Made by a program: the position numbers and the translations under genes | Shown here: positions 37,972-50,297 of the stretch, one piece after another | Position numbering within the stretch: the first letter of the stretch is position 1 | Layout: each line of letters begins with the position of its first letter | Notes under the pieces: model-generated | Told to the model about the DNA's origin: nothing | Databases searched by the model: none | The model's input: only the letters and a program-made list of their open reading frames with translations | Assembly: GCA_951406725.2 (NCBI GenBank) | Contig: OX597819.1 | Span: 97,154,001 to 97,218,000 of the forward strand | Origin: Octopus vulgaris | Lineage: Eukaryota | DNA length: 64,000 nucleotides | Direction of reading: 5' to 3'

Positions 37972-38257
37972 TATTGTTTTTGATTAAGGTAGAAGACCAG
38001 CAATTTTGAGGTAAGGGTAATAATAACTGTTGTACAACTGCTTTTGATGTTGGCATGGATCAGACAGACCATCAAGGTTCCAATCAGTTCTTATATGGAG
38101 ATACTACTCCCCTACACATGTTGAAGAATCACATCTCACTCATGCATTTCATAGTGACTGGTATGAGAAAGTGGTAGAAAGGATGAGTGAGTGATGATAG
38201 TAATAGAAATGGATAAATGGTAAGAGTGAAAGATAGCTGTCAATACCAGATGGCCCA

Positions 38258-38485
38258 ATCACCCTTTAGCATTTAAACAAGCCTTATCCAGCCAAAATAT
38301 GCTTCTTGCTTTATGTTCAAGCTGACCTGATTTAACCTCTCAAACCTACCCTACAATGCCATTCCAAAAATAGACAATAACATCATTAAAATCTCAAAGC
38401 TATGAGACAATATATGATTAATTGAAAACAATATGAATAAATAAGCTTTACATTTGGTTGAGTAATTGGAAAGCTAAAGGGTTAA
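38258..38485. mobile_element. piggyBac-type MITE M1
   Basis: accctttagcattt...aagctaaagggttaa; colinear with 19262-19488. Confidence 0.8.
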
Positions 38486-38639
38486 AATGCAGGAGAAGAG
38501 TATAGAAGGGGCTAATTCTCCAATCACTTTACTGAGTGCACCAGATGTGCTGGGGTGGAAGTTTATAAGGGTTCATTTCATCATCTCCCTTAGTCCTGGG
38601 AGGATCATAGGGGCAGATTCCGCAAGCATACTTTTCATT

Positions 38640-38960
38640 GGGTCCTGTCAGAAGCAACTATCTCCAATTGATCTGACAGAATCCCCAAGCTTGATCAACC
38701 AAGGTCATAAATGTTATCCAACCATCATGCATGTGGTCTACCCCTGGGTTTCCTGCTAGTTAGTTTGGCTCATAGAAGCTGTCCAGCAATTGTTTACTGA
38801 GACATTCTTACTACATGCCTGTTGTAGCAGAGCAGTGATCTCTCAATTTGGAGATAGTAGCTCTACTTGAAGTGCCTCTCTGATCTATGAACTACATACT
38901 CTTTCAAGTAATGTTACTTCAAAACCCCTCCAGAGGAACCCTGTCTTGGTTGGTTGTATC
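38640..38960 (-). mobile_element. Degenerate RTE LINE C-terminal fragment
   Basis: The minus strand reads ..IERSLLCYNRHVVRMS...RKPRGRPHA.WLDN. Confidence 0.6.
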
Positions 38961-40884
38961 TGCACTCATTCTTTCAGCTCAAAGTAGCCTGAGGGTTCAT
39001 TTACCAACAAATTTATGAAGTGTGCTGAATACAAGGGGTGGGGGTAGTATAAAAATGATTTCTTCACAAGCAACTTTACAGAGGCTATTGGGAGCATTAT
39101 AATGTGGTACCAGTAAAAGAACCAAAAGTGGTCAATAGTTTGAGGCATGTACATATGCTAAAGGTAATGTGACAAAGGAAGTGATGACAGGAAAATGGGT
39201 TAAAGGATGGGTTAAAAGAGCAAGAGTATTTTGGCAGAAACAGAATGATTGGAGGTGATGATTGGTAGTACAGAAATGATAAGGTAAAGTGTATTGGATA
39301 CAAACGGTTCAATGCAATTTCTTAAACATAGATCTCGTGATTAACAAGAGAAGCAGAGTGAAGAGAATGGCAGCATGAGTATAAAATGTGAGTCTGGCAC
39401 TGTATATCGTTATATAAACAAAATGAATAAAGGGATAAGGGTGACACGCACACAAACACACATACATATCATTCATGAGTTTGTTAAAAACTTTATTCTC
39501 TATTCTAGTAAGGGTTAGACAAGAAGGCACCCGAGACAGGATTTTACAACCTGATGTTCTTCTTGTTGCTAACTCTTACCTGTTTTTTTTAAGTTTGGAA
39601 ATTTTAATCACAGAGGAATTCAAAAGTTCAGAGCTGGTAGACGTTTTGTTGACAGAAAAACGTAAGACATTACCAGTTGCAGGCCAACCACATATAGTGA
39701 CATCATCAGTTGCAGCTCAGCTATAAACAATTACATCACCATTTGTAGCATAGCTCACTGCAGATTGTAAATAATAACTCAGTCACCGACACCCACAAAC
39801 AAATCCCCTCATAAGCCATTGGTCAACCCAAGGCTATTGTAGAAGCCACTTGGCCAAGATACCATACAGTGGGACTGACTGCAAAGCTGCATGGTTGAGA
39901 GGTAAACGTCTTAACCACAGAGCAGTGTGTGTGTGTGCATGCGTCGTGTGTGTATTGTTTACATTAAAAGAATTTAAACTCTGAGATATGCGAAATAAAT
40001 TATTTTAATGGTAGAACTCAAAGCAGATAAAACTATAAATTACAGTATTTAAATATTGAGTTAAAACATCCTTTGTGTATGTGTGTGTATATATACACCC
40101 AATTATATATATTTTTGTAGCTTCCAGTATTCATCACTACCACCACATTTTGTCCCATTCATAACATTCAATTAACCAAACTTGCACTGGTAGACAAGTC
40201 TTTTTGGCCGGATCTTCTCCAGCACTAATAACACCAATCAACTTCTTCCCATGACATCTTTCTCATGAAATGCAACATCTTAAGATTGTGTATGTGTGTG
40301 TGCACGCGCATGCACACTTATACATATACCTGTAAGTAGTATTTAGTATGTAGCCAGTTTTAGACAGTAAACAGTGTGTTGTTATGTCAATTTGTACCAA
40401 CAACTTGGTAGTGGAAAGGTCCAGAGTAAGAAGAGATTAAAGAAAACACATACTTGACCCTAGTCATCAAATTATGTTACCAACTAGACTTCCAGTTCTA
40501 TGACATTTGAAAAACTATCTCTGACACAGATTTGGATAATATAGCTAGCTGGAGCAAGTTTGTTCATAAAACTGACATCAAAAACCCAGGGTAGTACTTC
40601 ATTAAAAACTAAAGCTAACATCCTCCTACCACATGTACATATATTCTCAAGTCTGTATTCTTTCCAGTGAAATGCAGACATTTGTACACAGAGTAATCAA
40701 AAGTTTGTAAAATAAATACAACTATTCATGACAGTAAATGCTTTAAATTTTCAAATATATTTTATACACAGGGCTAAATATGTGATCTATCAATTATAAT
40801 CCTACAACCTGATTATCAACAGATGGGGGAAGTATAACAATAATTCTTTCTAAGTTTGAGAGGAGGTGTGGGTAAGTTGGTTAC

Positions 40885-41675
40885 ATTTACCCAAAAGGAC
40901 GAAAAACAAACTTGACCTTGGTGGGATTCAAACTCGATACATAATGTATCTTCAGAAATGCCATGAGATATTATATCCAACAAGCTAACAATTCTGCCAG
41001 CAATAATAATAATAATGGTTTCTAATTCAGGCCAGCAGTTTTTAAAGGAGGAGTTAGTCAATGTGAATCCTCAGTATATGACTGGTATTTAATCATAACA
41101 ATTCTGTAAAAATGAAAGGCCTCAGTAGTATTTGAAACCAGAACATAAAGAGCTACAACAAATAGTGCAGGTTATTTTGTTTGACACTTTAACAATCCTG
41201 TTTACTCTGTTACCCAATTATCATCATCATCATTATTATTATTATTGTTTAAGGTGGTGAGCTGGCAGAATCATTAGCATGCCAAACAAAATGCTTAGCA
41301 GCATTTCATCTTTCTCTACACTCTGAGTTCAAATTCCACCTGGGTTGATTTTGCCTTTCATCCTTTCACGGTCAATAAAATAAGTACCAGTGAAACACAG
41401 GGTCAATGTAATCAACTTATGCCAACCCCCAAAATTTCAGGCCTTGTGCCTTTAGTAGAAAGGACTATTATTATTGTTATCATTGTTAGAGTCAAAGAGA
41501 ATACCTTGTGGTATTTGTTCCAGTCCTTTATGTTCTGAGTTCAAATGCCATTGAGGTTAACTTTGCCTTTCATCCTTTTGGGATTAAAAGAGAGTACTGG
41601 TCAAGTACTTTAATATAATCAACTAACCCCTTCCCGCAAAACTGCTGGCCTTGTGTACGAATCACAAATCATTAT
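40885..41675. mobile_element. Cluster of family B SINEs in both orientations (degenerate minus copies 40885-41210; plus copies 41250-41465 and 41490-41670)
   Basis: aaggtggtgagctggcagaatcattagc...gcctttcatcctttc...taagtaccag...ccttgtgcctttagtagaaagg. Confidence 0.8.
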
Positions 41676-42599
41676 TATTATCCCATATTTTTCCACAAGA
41701 GCCCATTCATTCATACAAAGGAATTACAAGTGATATAGTGAAGTGACGGACACACAGTAACATAAAAATTTAGAATGAGGTTTCCAAAGGCCCTAAAGAA
41801 CATTTGGCGGTCCCTCCCATTTCCCCATTTTATGAAAAGCAGAGGCATATCTCTCATCACTTTCTTCCTAGCCCTGGATGAAATTTTTAGGCCAGGAGAC
41901 ACTCCATTGTGACATACTCCCACCATGGAGCCAACAAATAGCCCACAATTCCTTCTGGTTTGCAAAACTAGCAAAGCTAATAACACTGTTACATCTATTA
42001 CACATCTTTTTTTCCAAGCTGCATTGACCAAAACAAATAACTGTTTGTTCAAATATTATTTTATCCCTTTTTAAATGTTAAATTTGTAGAAGGGTATATA
42101 TATTACTACCGCTGTATGGGGAAGCATTCTTTTACTTCTACTGCTACTGTTACTACTGCTGCCTCAGTGGACTCCAAGCTTACAGATATTATCAAAATTG
42201 TCTGATGGCAAAAATATATTTGTTTCAAAACGTAAAGGAAATACTTTTTACTTCTCGATGTAACAACTTCACCCAAACACAACAAAAAATCCTATTAAAA
42301 GCACAATAATTTTTTTAACACTCAGAAGCTCATAAAAATGTGCGTTGCTGGAAACTCCAAATAATTTTAATAATAGTTTTTAATTTAGGCATGAGGCCAG
42401 CAACTTCAGCTGTGTGGGGAGAGGACCAAGTCAATTCCATTGACTCCGGTACTAGACTGGTACTTTACTTTACTGACCACTGAGGGACCATAAAGAGCCA
42501 AAAGGAATACCATAAGGCATCTTGTTTGATGATCTAGTGATTCTGTTAACCAAAAGTAATGATAACATCAATAATAATAACTATATATTGAAAATTATG

Positions 42600-43020
42600 T
42601 CAGCATTATGAAATTCCAAGAGAAAAGAGGCAATATAAAAAAGATCTCATAAAATGACAAAGTAGCCATACTCTTAAGATATAAACCCACACAAGAAGGA
42701 AGAGTAAGGCTAATGCACCTGACATTGTTGCAAAGAACCACTAGCAAAGAAAGTACTGCCTAATCAAAGTGTCTATCCTAACAGACAATAATTTATCTCT
42801 AAAGGAAATGGAGAAATTATTCAAACCTGAATATCTTGTAAATTGAGTGTGAACAGTGAAAACAGAAACAATCCCTATATTAAAAGGGTGCCTTGGCAAT
42901 GATTAAAAAAGATGAAGGTGGATGTATAACCAAAATTCCGAGACTTAGGAAATATACACAACATCTAGAAAAACAACACCACAAGGTACCACACATACAC
43001 ATTATGTAATGTCAATGCAA
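42600..43020 (+). mobile_element. Degenerate RLE endonuclease fragment of a non-LTR element
   Basis: Translation ANAPDIVAKNH......LIKVSILTDNNLSLKEMEKL (N.PDIV / LID.S.P.D.N...KE.EK pattern). Confidence 0.65.
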
Positions 43021-43114
43021 CAGAAAATACCCTGACCTCATATAAGGTACACAGAACTGTCCTTTGTAGTAAATTGAAAGTAAGCAATAAAAATAAAACT
43101 ACGTAATAAAAATA

Positions 43115-43480
43115 ATCTTTTCTACTGTAGACACAACAGCTGAAATTTTTGGGAAAGAGGCTAGTTGATTACATCAACCCCAGTGCTGGACTGGTACTTA
43201 TCTCATTGACCCCAAAAGGATGAAAGGCAAAGTTGAGTTCGGCAGGATTTGAACTCAGAAAGTGACGACAGACGAAATACCTCTAAGCATTTCACCTAGC
43301 GTGCTAATGATTTTGCCAGCTTGCCAATAATCCTTCCTATTATAGGCACAAGGCCTGAAATTTGGGGGCTAGTCAAATACACCAACCCCAGTGCTTAACT
43401 GGTGTTAATTTTATTGAGCCCAAAAGGATAGAAAGCAAAGTTGACCACGATGGCACTTGAACTCAGAATGTAAAGCCAGA
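43115..43480 (-). mobile_element. Two tandem family B SINEs
   Basis: ggatgaaaggcaaagttga...tttgaactcagaa...ctaagcatttcacc...gccagcttgcc, followed by a second partial copy. Confidence 0.85.
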
Positions 43481-44304
43481 ATTTTTACCATTGCTACAAG
43501 TAAAAACTACACAGAATTTTTACCACTGCTCCAACAATTCTGCTAAAATGATGATAATAATATATTTAAATAATGCAACATATATGGCACATGCAAAACA
43601 CCAACACTACACAACATATTGCAGTTTATATTGCAAATCCTCCAACTACCAAATGAAACAAATCCCCAACAAAGCTAATGTAACAGAAACATTCCTACAT
43701 TTCCAGAAAGAAAATGGTGCACACACCTACAAGAACATGATGGTGCACCTTGTAGTGCAGAATGTTGACAGAAAATTAACATTTTCCACATATAAAAACA
43801 GGTAGGTGGGAGAATCTTCTAGGATGGTAAACATGTGGAGGAAAGATTAAATAGAAACTTATATAAATTGTTTGAAAACATGAACAGAACAAAAGCTGTT
43901 GTTTCTTGTCTTCAAGAAATCCAACACAAATACAGAAGCTGAGGTTAACAGACAGCTCTGAAGAGAATGGAGGAACAACAAAACTGCTAAAAAAAAACAA
44001 AACAAAACTAAGCTGTAAATGGAACTACAGAATAACATGTTAGGATGATGGTAAGAAATTCCCCCACATGGTTGGCACCTGACAAAGACTGAACAAAATT
44101 AAAATGGACAAAAAGCAATAAAGCACTGCTGTGAAGTGGAGGACTTAAAATGGAAGCCAATGAATTTTTGTTAGCAACTTGAGACAAATGACTTATTAGA
44201 AGCTACCAAAAAAAACAGAAAATAACTGCAGAATATGTGGAGGTCAAGAAAAAAAAAACAAACAGTTGCACTGCGTCCACCTGTAAGTGTATGTGTATGA
44301 GTGC

Positions 44305-44358
<54 letters not shown>

Positions 44359-47170
44359 AAAGAATGAGAAAGAGATGAAAGGAAACAAACTAGAAAAAGA
44401 CTGAGAGATTATCCATACTGTGAATTTTATCAAATCACACAGGCAAGGAGATCACAGCAAACTCATCAGATATTGCTTTCAGGGATATTCACCAGAGTGA
44501 ATAGTGATCAATATATCAGTCCAACTGATGATAATATATCTCTGAATGAAGTGGGAAAAATATCCAAATATGAAAATCTGGAATATGGGGGCTGAAAATG
44601 GATACAATCTCTATAAATGCAAAGGAAAAGATGTAGTCAAATATGTGACCACAACTCCAGGACTTAATATACACTACAGCCATCAATTGCAAGCAAATGT
44701 AAGTTGGCAGCATATATTATGCTTTTGCATGATATATACCTGCACAGATAATTCTCATGGCCCTCCCACACTTGACAAAATGTCAATGTGACAGCTTGAA
44801 GGGAAAGAGGGTTGCATCAGTCATGGGTGCCAGTACTTTCCTTTGTATCAAAGCTAAAATGAAGAAAGACAAAGTAGACCCTAGAGGAGTTTGAACACAA
44901 AGAGCAGAGATCAGGAATGAATATCCCAATACATTCCATTTATATATGCAACATGCATGCAGACAATAGTGCAACTAGGCACTGTACATATGAACAGTAG
45001 TTTCAATGCTGTAGAAAATACAATCCTGGAACAAACTATTGAAGGTTCACAAGGAACACAAAACTTGGCTTGGTTTTACTTAGGGAAAACATGCAGCAGC
45101 AGTAGTAGTAGTAGTTTTTCTTTTACATACCTTTGTATTATTTTGTTTATTTTTGTTCTTTGTAATATTTTGTTTTTGTTCTTTATTTTGTTTTTGTTCT
45201 TTGTATTATTTTGTTTGTTTTCTGGTGGGGAGCTCTTAGAGCTCTATCTATTTACAGCGAGAGAAATAGAGAAGTGTAAAGTGGCTATAAAAAAAAAAAA
45301 CAGAGAGAGGGAGAGATGGACAGATGGGTAGGCAGAGGTAGGGGTAGTTAGAATAGAGAACAAGAAGAGATTAATGAATGACATTACAAATATTCCCAAC
45401 AGTAGCTAAAATATAAGAACTCAAGAGATTGTCATTGAAATCACTTGAAAACTGATCCAGTAATAGGAACTGCATTGATCTTAATGATGCTGGTGTTGAT
45501 GCTATAGGGGTAGCTAGAGATGACTGGGTGGTTATTGGAGTTGTAGTGATGGAGGAATAAATTATGGGGATGGTCACTGTTGTTGTGAATGTGGAGGTGG
45601 TGGTGTTGATTGGATAATGTTGCTGTTGTTATGAAGGAGGTTGCTGTTGTTCTTGATATAGAGGTTGTTGTAATAAAACTGAGTTAAGAGACAAAGAGAA
45701 ATAGAAAATGTTACTGCCATTTCTATGAATCAGTTAAATATATTTTTTCTTGAAGAGTTAAGAGATTAATTACAGGTGAAGTTCATTGAAGAAGCTAAGA
45801 GGTGAGTCAAAACAATGTAGATATCAAATGGATGTCTATGTAATGATGGGTTGGAAATGAGAAGAACCTTACTTCCAGACATGGCTACCTCACACATATA
45901 CACACACCTGCAGAGGTGTGTGTGTGTAATTATTGGTTGCATACTGCACAATATACACTTACCTGTATTGTATAAATACATACATACTTGTACTGTTTAA
46001 TCACACACATTTGCACAATAAACACACACAAACATACATGCTTATACAATATAAGCACAGTTTCGCAGCATAAACTTGCGCGCATAAATTCATACACACA
46101 TTTGTACAGTATATATACATACGCACATTTATAGAGTATACATACGTATTCGTACAGTATAAACACGCACATTTGTATACAAACACACATGTAGATAGTG
46201 AAACACACTACACGACACTGACATATTGCTGTCATCGTCGTGGTTGTTGTTGTTGGTGGTGGTGGTGTGTGTGTGTGTGTGTGATTTACAAAACTATGGA
46301 ATGTTGAAGCCGTGAATATGACAGGTATGTCAGCAATGAATACTGTTGACATAACTACCAAATACTCCCGATACTCAAATACCCACGCCTTTATTGTTAA
46401 ACATACAATACCGCTTGGTAATGAATCATTCACAGATTCTTTCATCACCACCACCACCACCACCAATTATCCCACTATTCACTGTTCTCCACCTAGTAAT
46501 GTGGGTGGGTGATTAGGATCAGATATGTGTGCCTGAGTAAATATACACAATAGTTATTGTGCTAAGATTTGAAGATACATGTATGTAAATATAAGTTAGA
46601 TAGCTATATGTGCGCACACGTACATACATACATATATATATATACACACTATACGAAGACGTATTTGTATGAATGCAACTATGCATAGGTGTGTGTGTAT
46701 ATATGAATGTATATATATAACGTGTAGCAGTTTTAGTTAAGTCATGTAAAAATATTTGTTGTATTGAGAGATGAGCAGAATATTATTGTTGTTGGCGACA
46801 GACTGCTGGTCACCCACAGTTAATATAGACTGTATGTAAATAGAGGACATTGTATGGAACAATAACAGGAAAAGTTATTTAAACAATATTGCTGTTGTTG
46901 TTGTGCTAGGTGAAAGTGGATGATGTCATAATGACAACAGCCATTCAAGTTATTTGAAAGGGTTCTACCCGCTTCACAGCCCCCCCATCCTCCCATATTT
47001 CTGTGGTAATCAACTTAGTGACCCTTAGGAGCTTCTCTCTTCCCTTTACCGAAGGGGACATAAATAAACATGAAGTAGAAAACATGCAGCGATGCGTATG
47101 AGTGAGTGTGTGTGAGTGTGTGTGTGTGTGTGAGTGTGTGTGTGTGAATAGGCACATGTGTATAAAATAC

Positions 47171-47425
47171 CTGATCAGTGTTGTCCACATCCTGTCCACT
47201 ATTCTCAATGGTAACATCCACTGCACTGGTATAAGATTGTCGACCGTCTGTTAATTCCTCTGTAGTTGACGGTACATCAACTGACGATTGGTGAACCATT
47301 GCAGAAGAAGCCCCATCCTGCTCTTTCCCTTCATCCTGTTTATCCGTAGAATCTCCCTTGGTAAGACCAGTTCTTCGAACAGCATCTCCTCCGAGTTCCC
47401 GAATTTTTTTCAGCTGATTGCCCAT
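47171..47425 (-). CDS. First coding exon (85 codons, phase 0) of an unidentified host gene; N-myristoylation-type N-terminus MGNQLKK
   Basis: ATG at 47425 in context GGA-ATG-G, with an in-frame TGA at 47446-47444. The sequence is non-repetitive and more GC-rich, open for 255 nt (MGNQLKKIRELGGDAVRR...SGQDVDNTDQ), and ends at the donor CAG|GTATTT, after which it reverts to microsatellite. Confidence 0.7.
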
Positions 47426-47880
47426 TCCCAAGCGCTGCAAGGGTCAGCCGTGTGTTGCAGTATCGCTGCCAGTAGATAGGGCTGTTATAGCACTGCCACA
47501 CCACTGCTCCCTTACAACTAGTCAACCTATTGTGTTTGGTGTTCACGACCAACCAATCTGGAATAATAGAAGCAGCCACGATGGGGATGAAGTCTTTCAC
47601 TTCCCAGCGACCGACGTCCCGTGTTCTCTACTTCTTCGTCTGTCTTTTTTTCTTTATAGTTTAGTTCTTACTACAATAACACTTGTAATAGTAGTAATAG
47701 TAGTGCCTCTGTAGTAGCTGCTGTTCACAGTAGCATCTGCACTAGCAGCAGCAGCAACAAAAGCAGTAGCAGTGGTGGCGGAGGAGGCGGCGGCGGCAGC
47801 AGCAGCAGCAGCAGCAGCCTTTAACTACCAAGTGTCGGGGGTCCAGCTGAACATGGTCAGCCAGTAAACTTCAAAGTGGT
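47426..47880 (-). promoter_or_regulatory. Putative long 5' UTR with (CTG)n/(CCG)n repeats and uORFs
   Basis: Trinucleotide tract at 47745-47818. uORF MFSWTPDTW* at 47854-47825 (ACC-ATG). uORF MLL* at 47736-47725. The TSS is not determined. Confidence 0.45.
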
Positions 47881-48300
47881 AACTTTCTGCTTGGCTTGAC
47901 CACAGTGGGCAGTGGTGGACAGCAGAGAAATGTTACTGAGCGCACGTGGACCTTCAAGCCAAACAATTCACTCCCACCCTCTCGTTCTTTCATTAACCGA
48001 TTTGGTGGTGATTGATTGAAACACGTGAAATCGCTCAGTTTCTGAACATCGTGCGCGCGCGCGAGCGAGTGTGTGTGTATGAGAGAGAGAGAAATGAGAA
48101 CGTCAATGCGTGAGAGAGAATGAGAGAGAGAGGGAGAGAGACTGAGGAAGAGTCGGTGTGTCTGTGTTAGAGAGTTGTGGATGTGCGGTGAATGAAAGGA
48201 GCCAAACCAAATTATGTTGGTGAATAAGCAGCAGCAGCGGCGGCGGCAGCAGCAGCAGTCTCGGAATCTGATTGAAAAAGCCACAACCATGAAAACGGTA
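47880..48300. promoter_or_regulatory. CpG-enriched promoter-like region with two CACGTG E-boxes
   Basis: CACGTG at 47943-47948 and 48022-48027; TGACGT half-CRE on the minus strand at ~48100-48105; (CG)n at 48053-48063; GA repeats. CpG is visibly much denser than in the rest of the window. Confidence 0.55.
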
Positions 48301-48870
48301 AAACCACCATCATTGTTGCTACTATCAATACCACCACCACCATCAACATAAAACACCTCTACATACCCGCCCCCCCATCACTAGAACCATCTCACCATAA
48401 ACATTACCACCACCACCACCGCCACAATCACAGTCAACACAGCAACTACTAACCACCACAACCACCACCACCACCACCGTCAACACAACCACAACTAACT
48501 ACCACAAACGCCACCACCACCACCACCATCAGCACAACTACCACAACCATCACCGCAGTCAACACAACCACCTCTTACCACCACCACCACCACCATCACT
48601 AACCGCAGTCAACACAACCACCTCTTACTACCACCACCACCACAACAACAACAGTTAATATAACCACCACTAACCACAATCAATACAGCCATTACCACTA
48701 CAACCGTAGCCACTACGATAACCAATACAACCATACCATACCATACCATACCACCGCCTTAACCATCACGATCGACACCCTACAATTTTAATAAAGGGCA
48801 TATTGATCACTAGGGATGGACAAACCCAACATATACGGCATCACCACCACCACCACCATCACAACCACCT
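48300..48870. repeat. (ACC/AAC)n low-complexity tract with a ~50-bp tandem duplication
   Basis: accgcagtcaacacaaccacctcttac occurs at 48552 and 48602. Confidence 0.9.
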
Positions 48871-49111
48871 ACACCCTGTAACTGATTTCAGTGCCATCAA
48901 GAGGTTGTTTGATGGCATTTGGTGATGACACCGCAGTGAGGTGGGCTATTCTTGAAACAAAAGAAACTGGAACTGATCGGGGTCTTACTCAGGACTGACC
49001 GAGGGTTAAACAACAATTGCGATCTCACTGTGTGCATGCGCTTGGGTGTGTGTGTGTGTGTGTATTTTATGATAGCTGGATGTACTAGGGTGGTGGTGGC
49101 GGCGAACGATT

Positions 49112-49179
<68 letters not shown>
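49112..49179. repeat. (GTA)n/(GTG)n microsatellite
   Basis: Read directly. Confidence 0.95.
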
Positions 49180-49894
49180 CAGACAACGACGATTTGAGAG
49201 GGCACAAACAATGACATCACTTTCGATGCTGATTTCTTTCCATGAGAGATCTGAGATTTATTGAATGAATGTATCATGGAATACAAGGTGTTCATGCCTT
49301 TTCTCGGAAAAAAACAAAAAAACAAAAAATAAAACAAACTTCAAAACGGGGTATTGAAATAGTCTCCTATACTATTTACACAACATTAACAGTTGTTGGT
49401 GGTGGTATCATTGTTTAACCGCAGGTCACTCTTTGGCTAAGCAGGCCTATGACCAATGACATTCTAGCTGTGATCATTCCGTATTTCTAAAGGGAAGAGG
49501 AGGGGGTATGATAGGTGGGGGTGAACTACATTAATCAGAGTGACCTTCCTGTTTGAAAATGGTAAGGTGTGATTTGAGGGTGATTTAGTTGTCATTTGAA
49601 ACAGGTAGAACGACACATAGAGGTCCCCTTGTCAGCTCCCAACATTAACAGCATTAGTATGTGGTGGGGTGATGGCAACAGCAGTTACATCATCAACAAT
49701 AACAACAGCTACAATCTATTAATGGGACACCAGCATAGAGTAACTTAGTAATAGTAGTAGCAACAACAACAGCAGTAATAATTGCAGCAATTTAAAAATG
49801 ACATAGGTGATGATATAAAGAGTGTGATGTCACACCCACACCCCTACACACACAAACTGAAAACCAACAAGCATTGGTGGAGATTTAGTCCCTT

Positions 49895-50297
49895 TTATCT
49901 TTTACTTGTTTCTTTCACTGGGCTACAGCCATGCTGGGGACCATTTTGAAGGGTTTTAGTCATACAAATAAATTCCAGAATGCATTATTATTTTTTTTTT
50001 AGTTGTACTTATTCTATCAGTCTTTGTTGATGAATTGCTAAGTTACAGGGACATAAACAAACCAACTCTAGTTCTCAAGTGGTAGTGGAAGGCAAACACA
50101 AAGACATACACACATAGATATATATTCATATATGTATACAACTGGCTTCCTCCAGGTTCTATCTACCAAATCAAATCCACTCACAAAGCCTTGGTCTGCC
50201 CAGGGCTATAGCAGAAGACACACAAGGTGCCACACAGTGGACCTGAGCCCAGAACCATATGGTTGGAAAGCAAATTTCTTACCATACAACCACACCA
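49895..50297 (-). mobile_element. Family A SINE, long form
   Basis: Colinear with 2857-3232. Confidence 0.85.

Noticed and set aside
47411-47425. MGNQL start matching PIK3R4/VPS15
   Set aside because: Similarity stops after five residues and no kinase-domain sequence follows, so no gene symbol was assigned.
47871-48356. 161-aa minus-strand ORF, and overlapping ORFs 47340-47600 and 47418-47714
   Set aside because: They are built from trinucleotide and GA/CA repeats or are alternative frames over the real exon and leader; no domain-like content.
48300-48870. Mucin-like poly-Thr/Pro coding region
   Set aside because: Frequent stops and frame changes, no ORF called across the tract, and no splice signals; simple low-complexity DNA.
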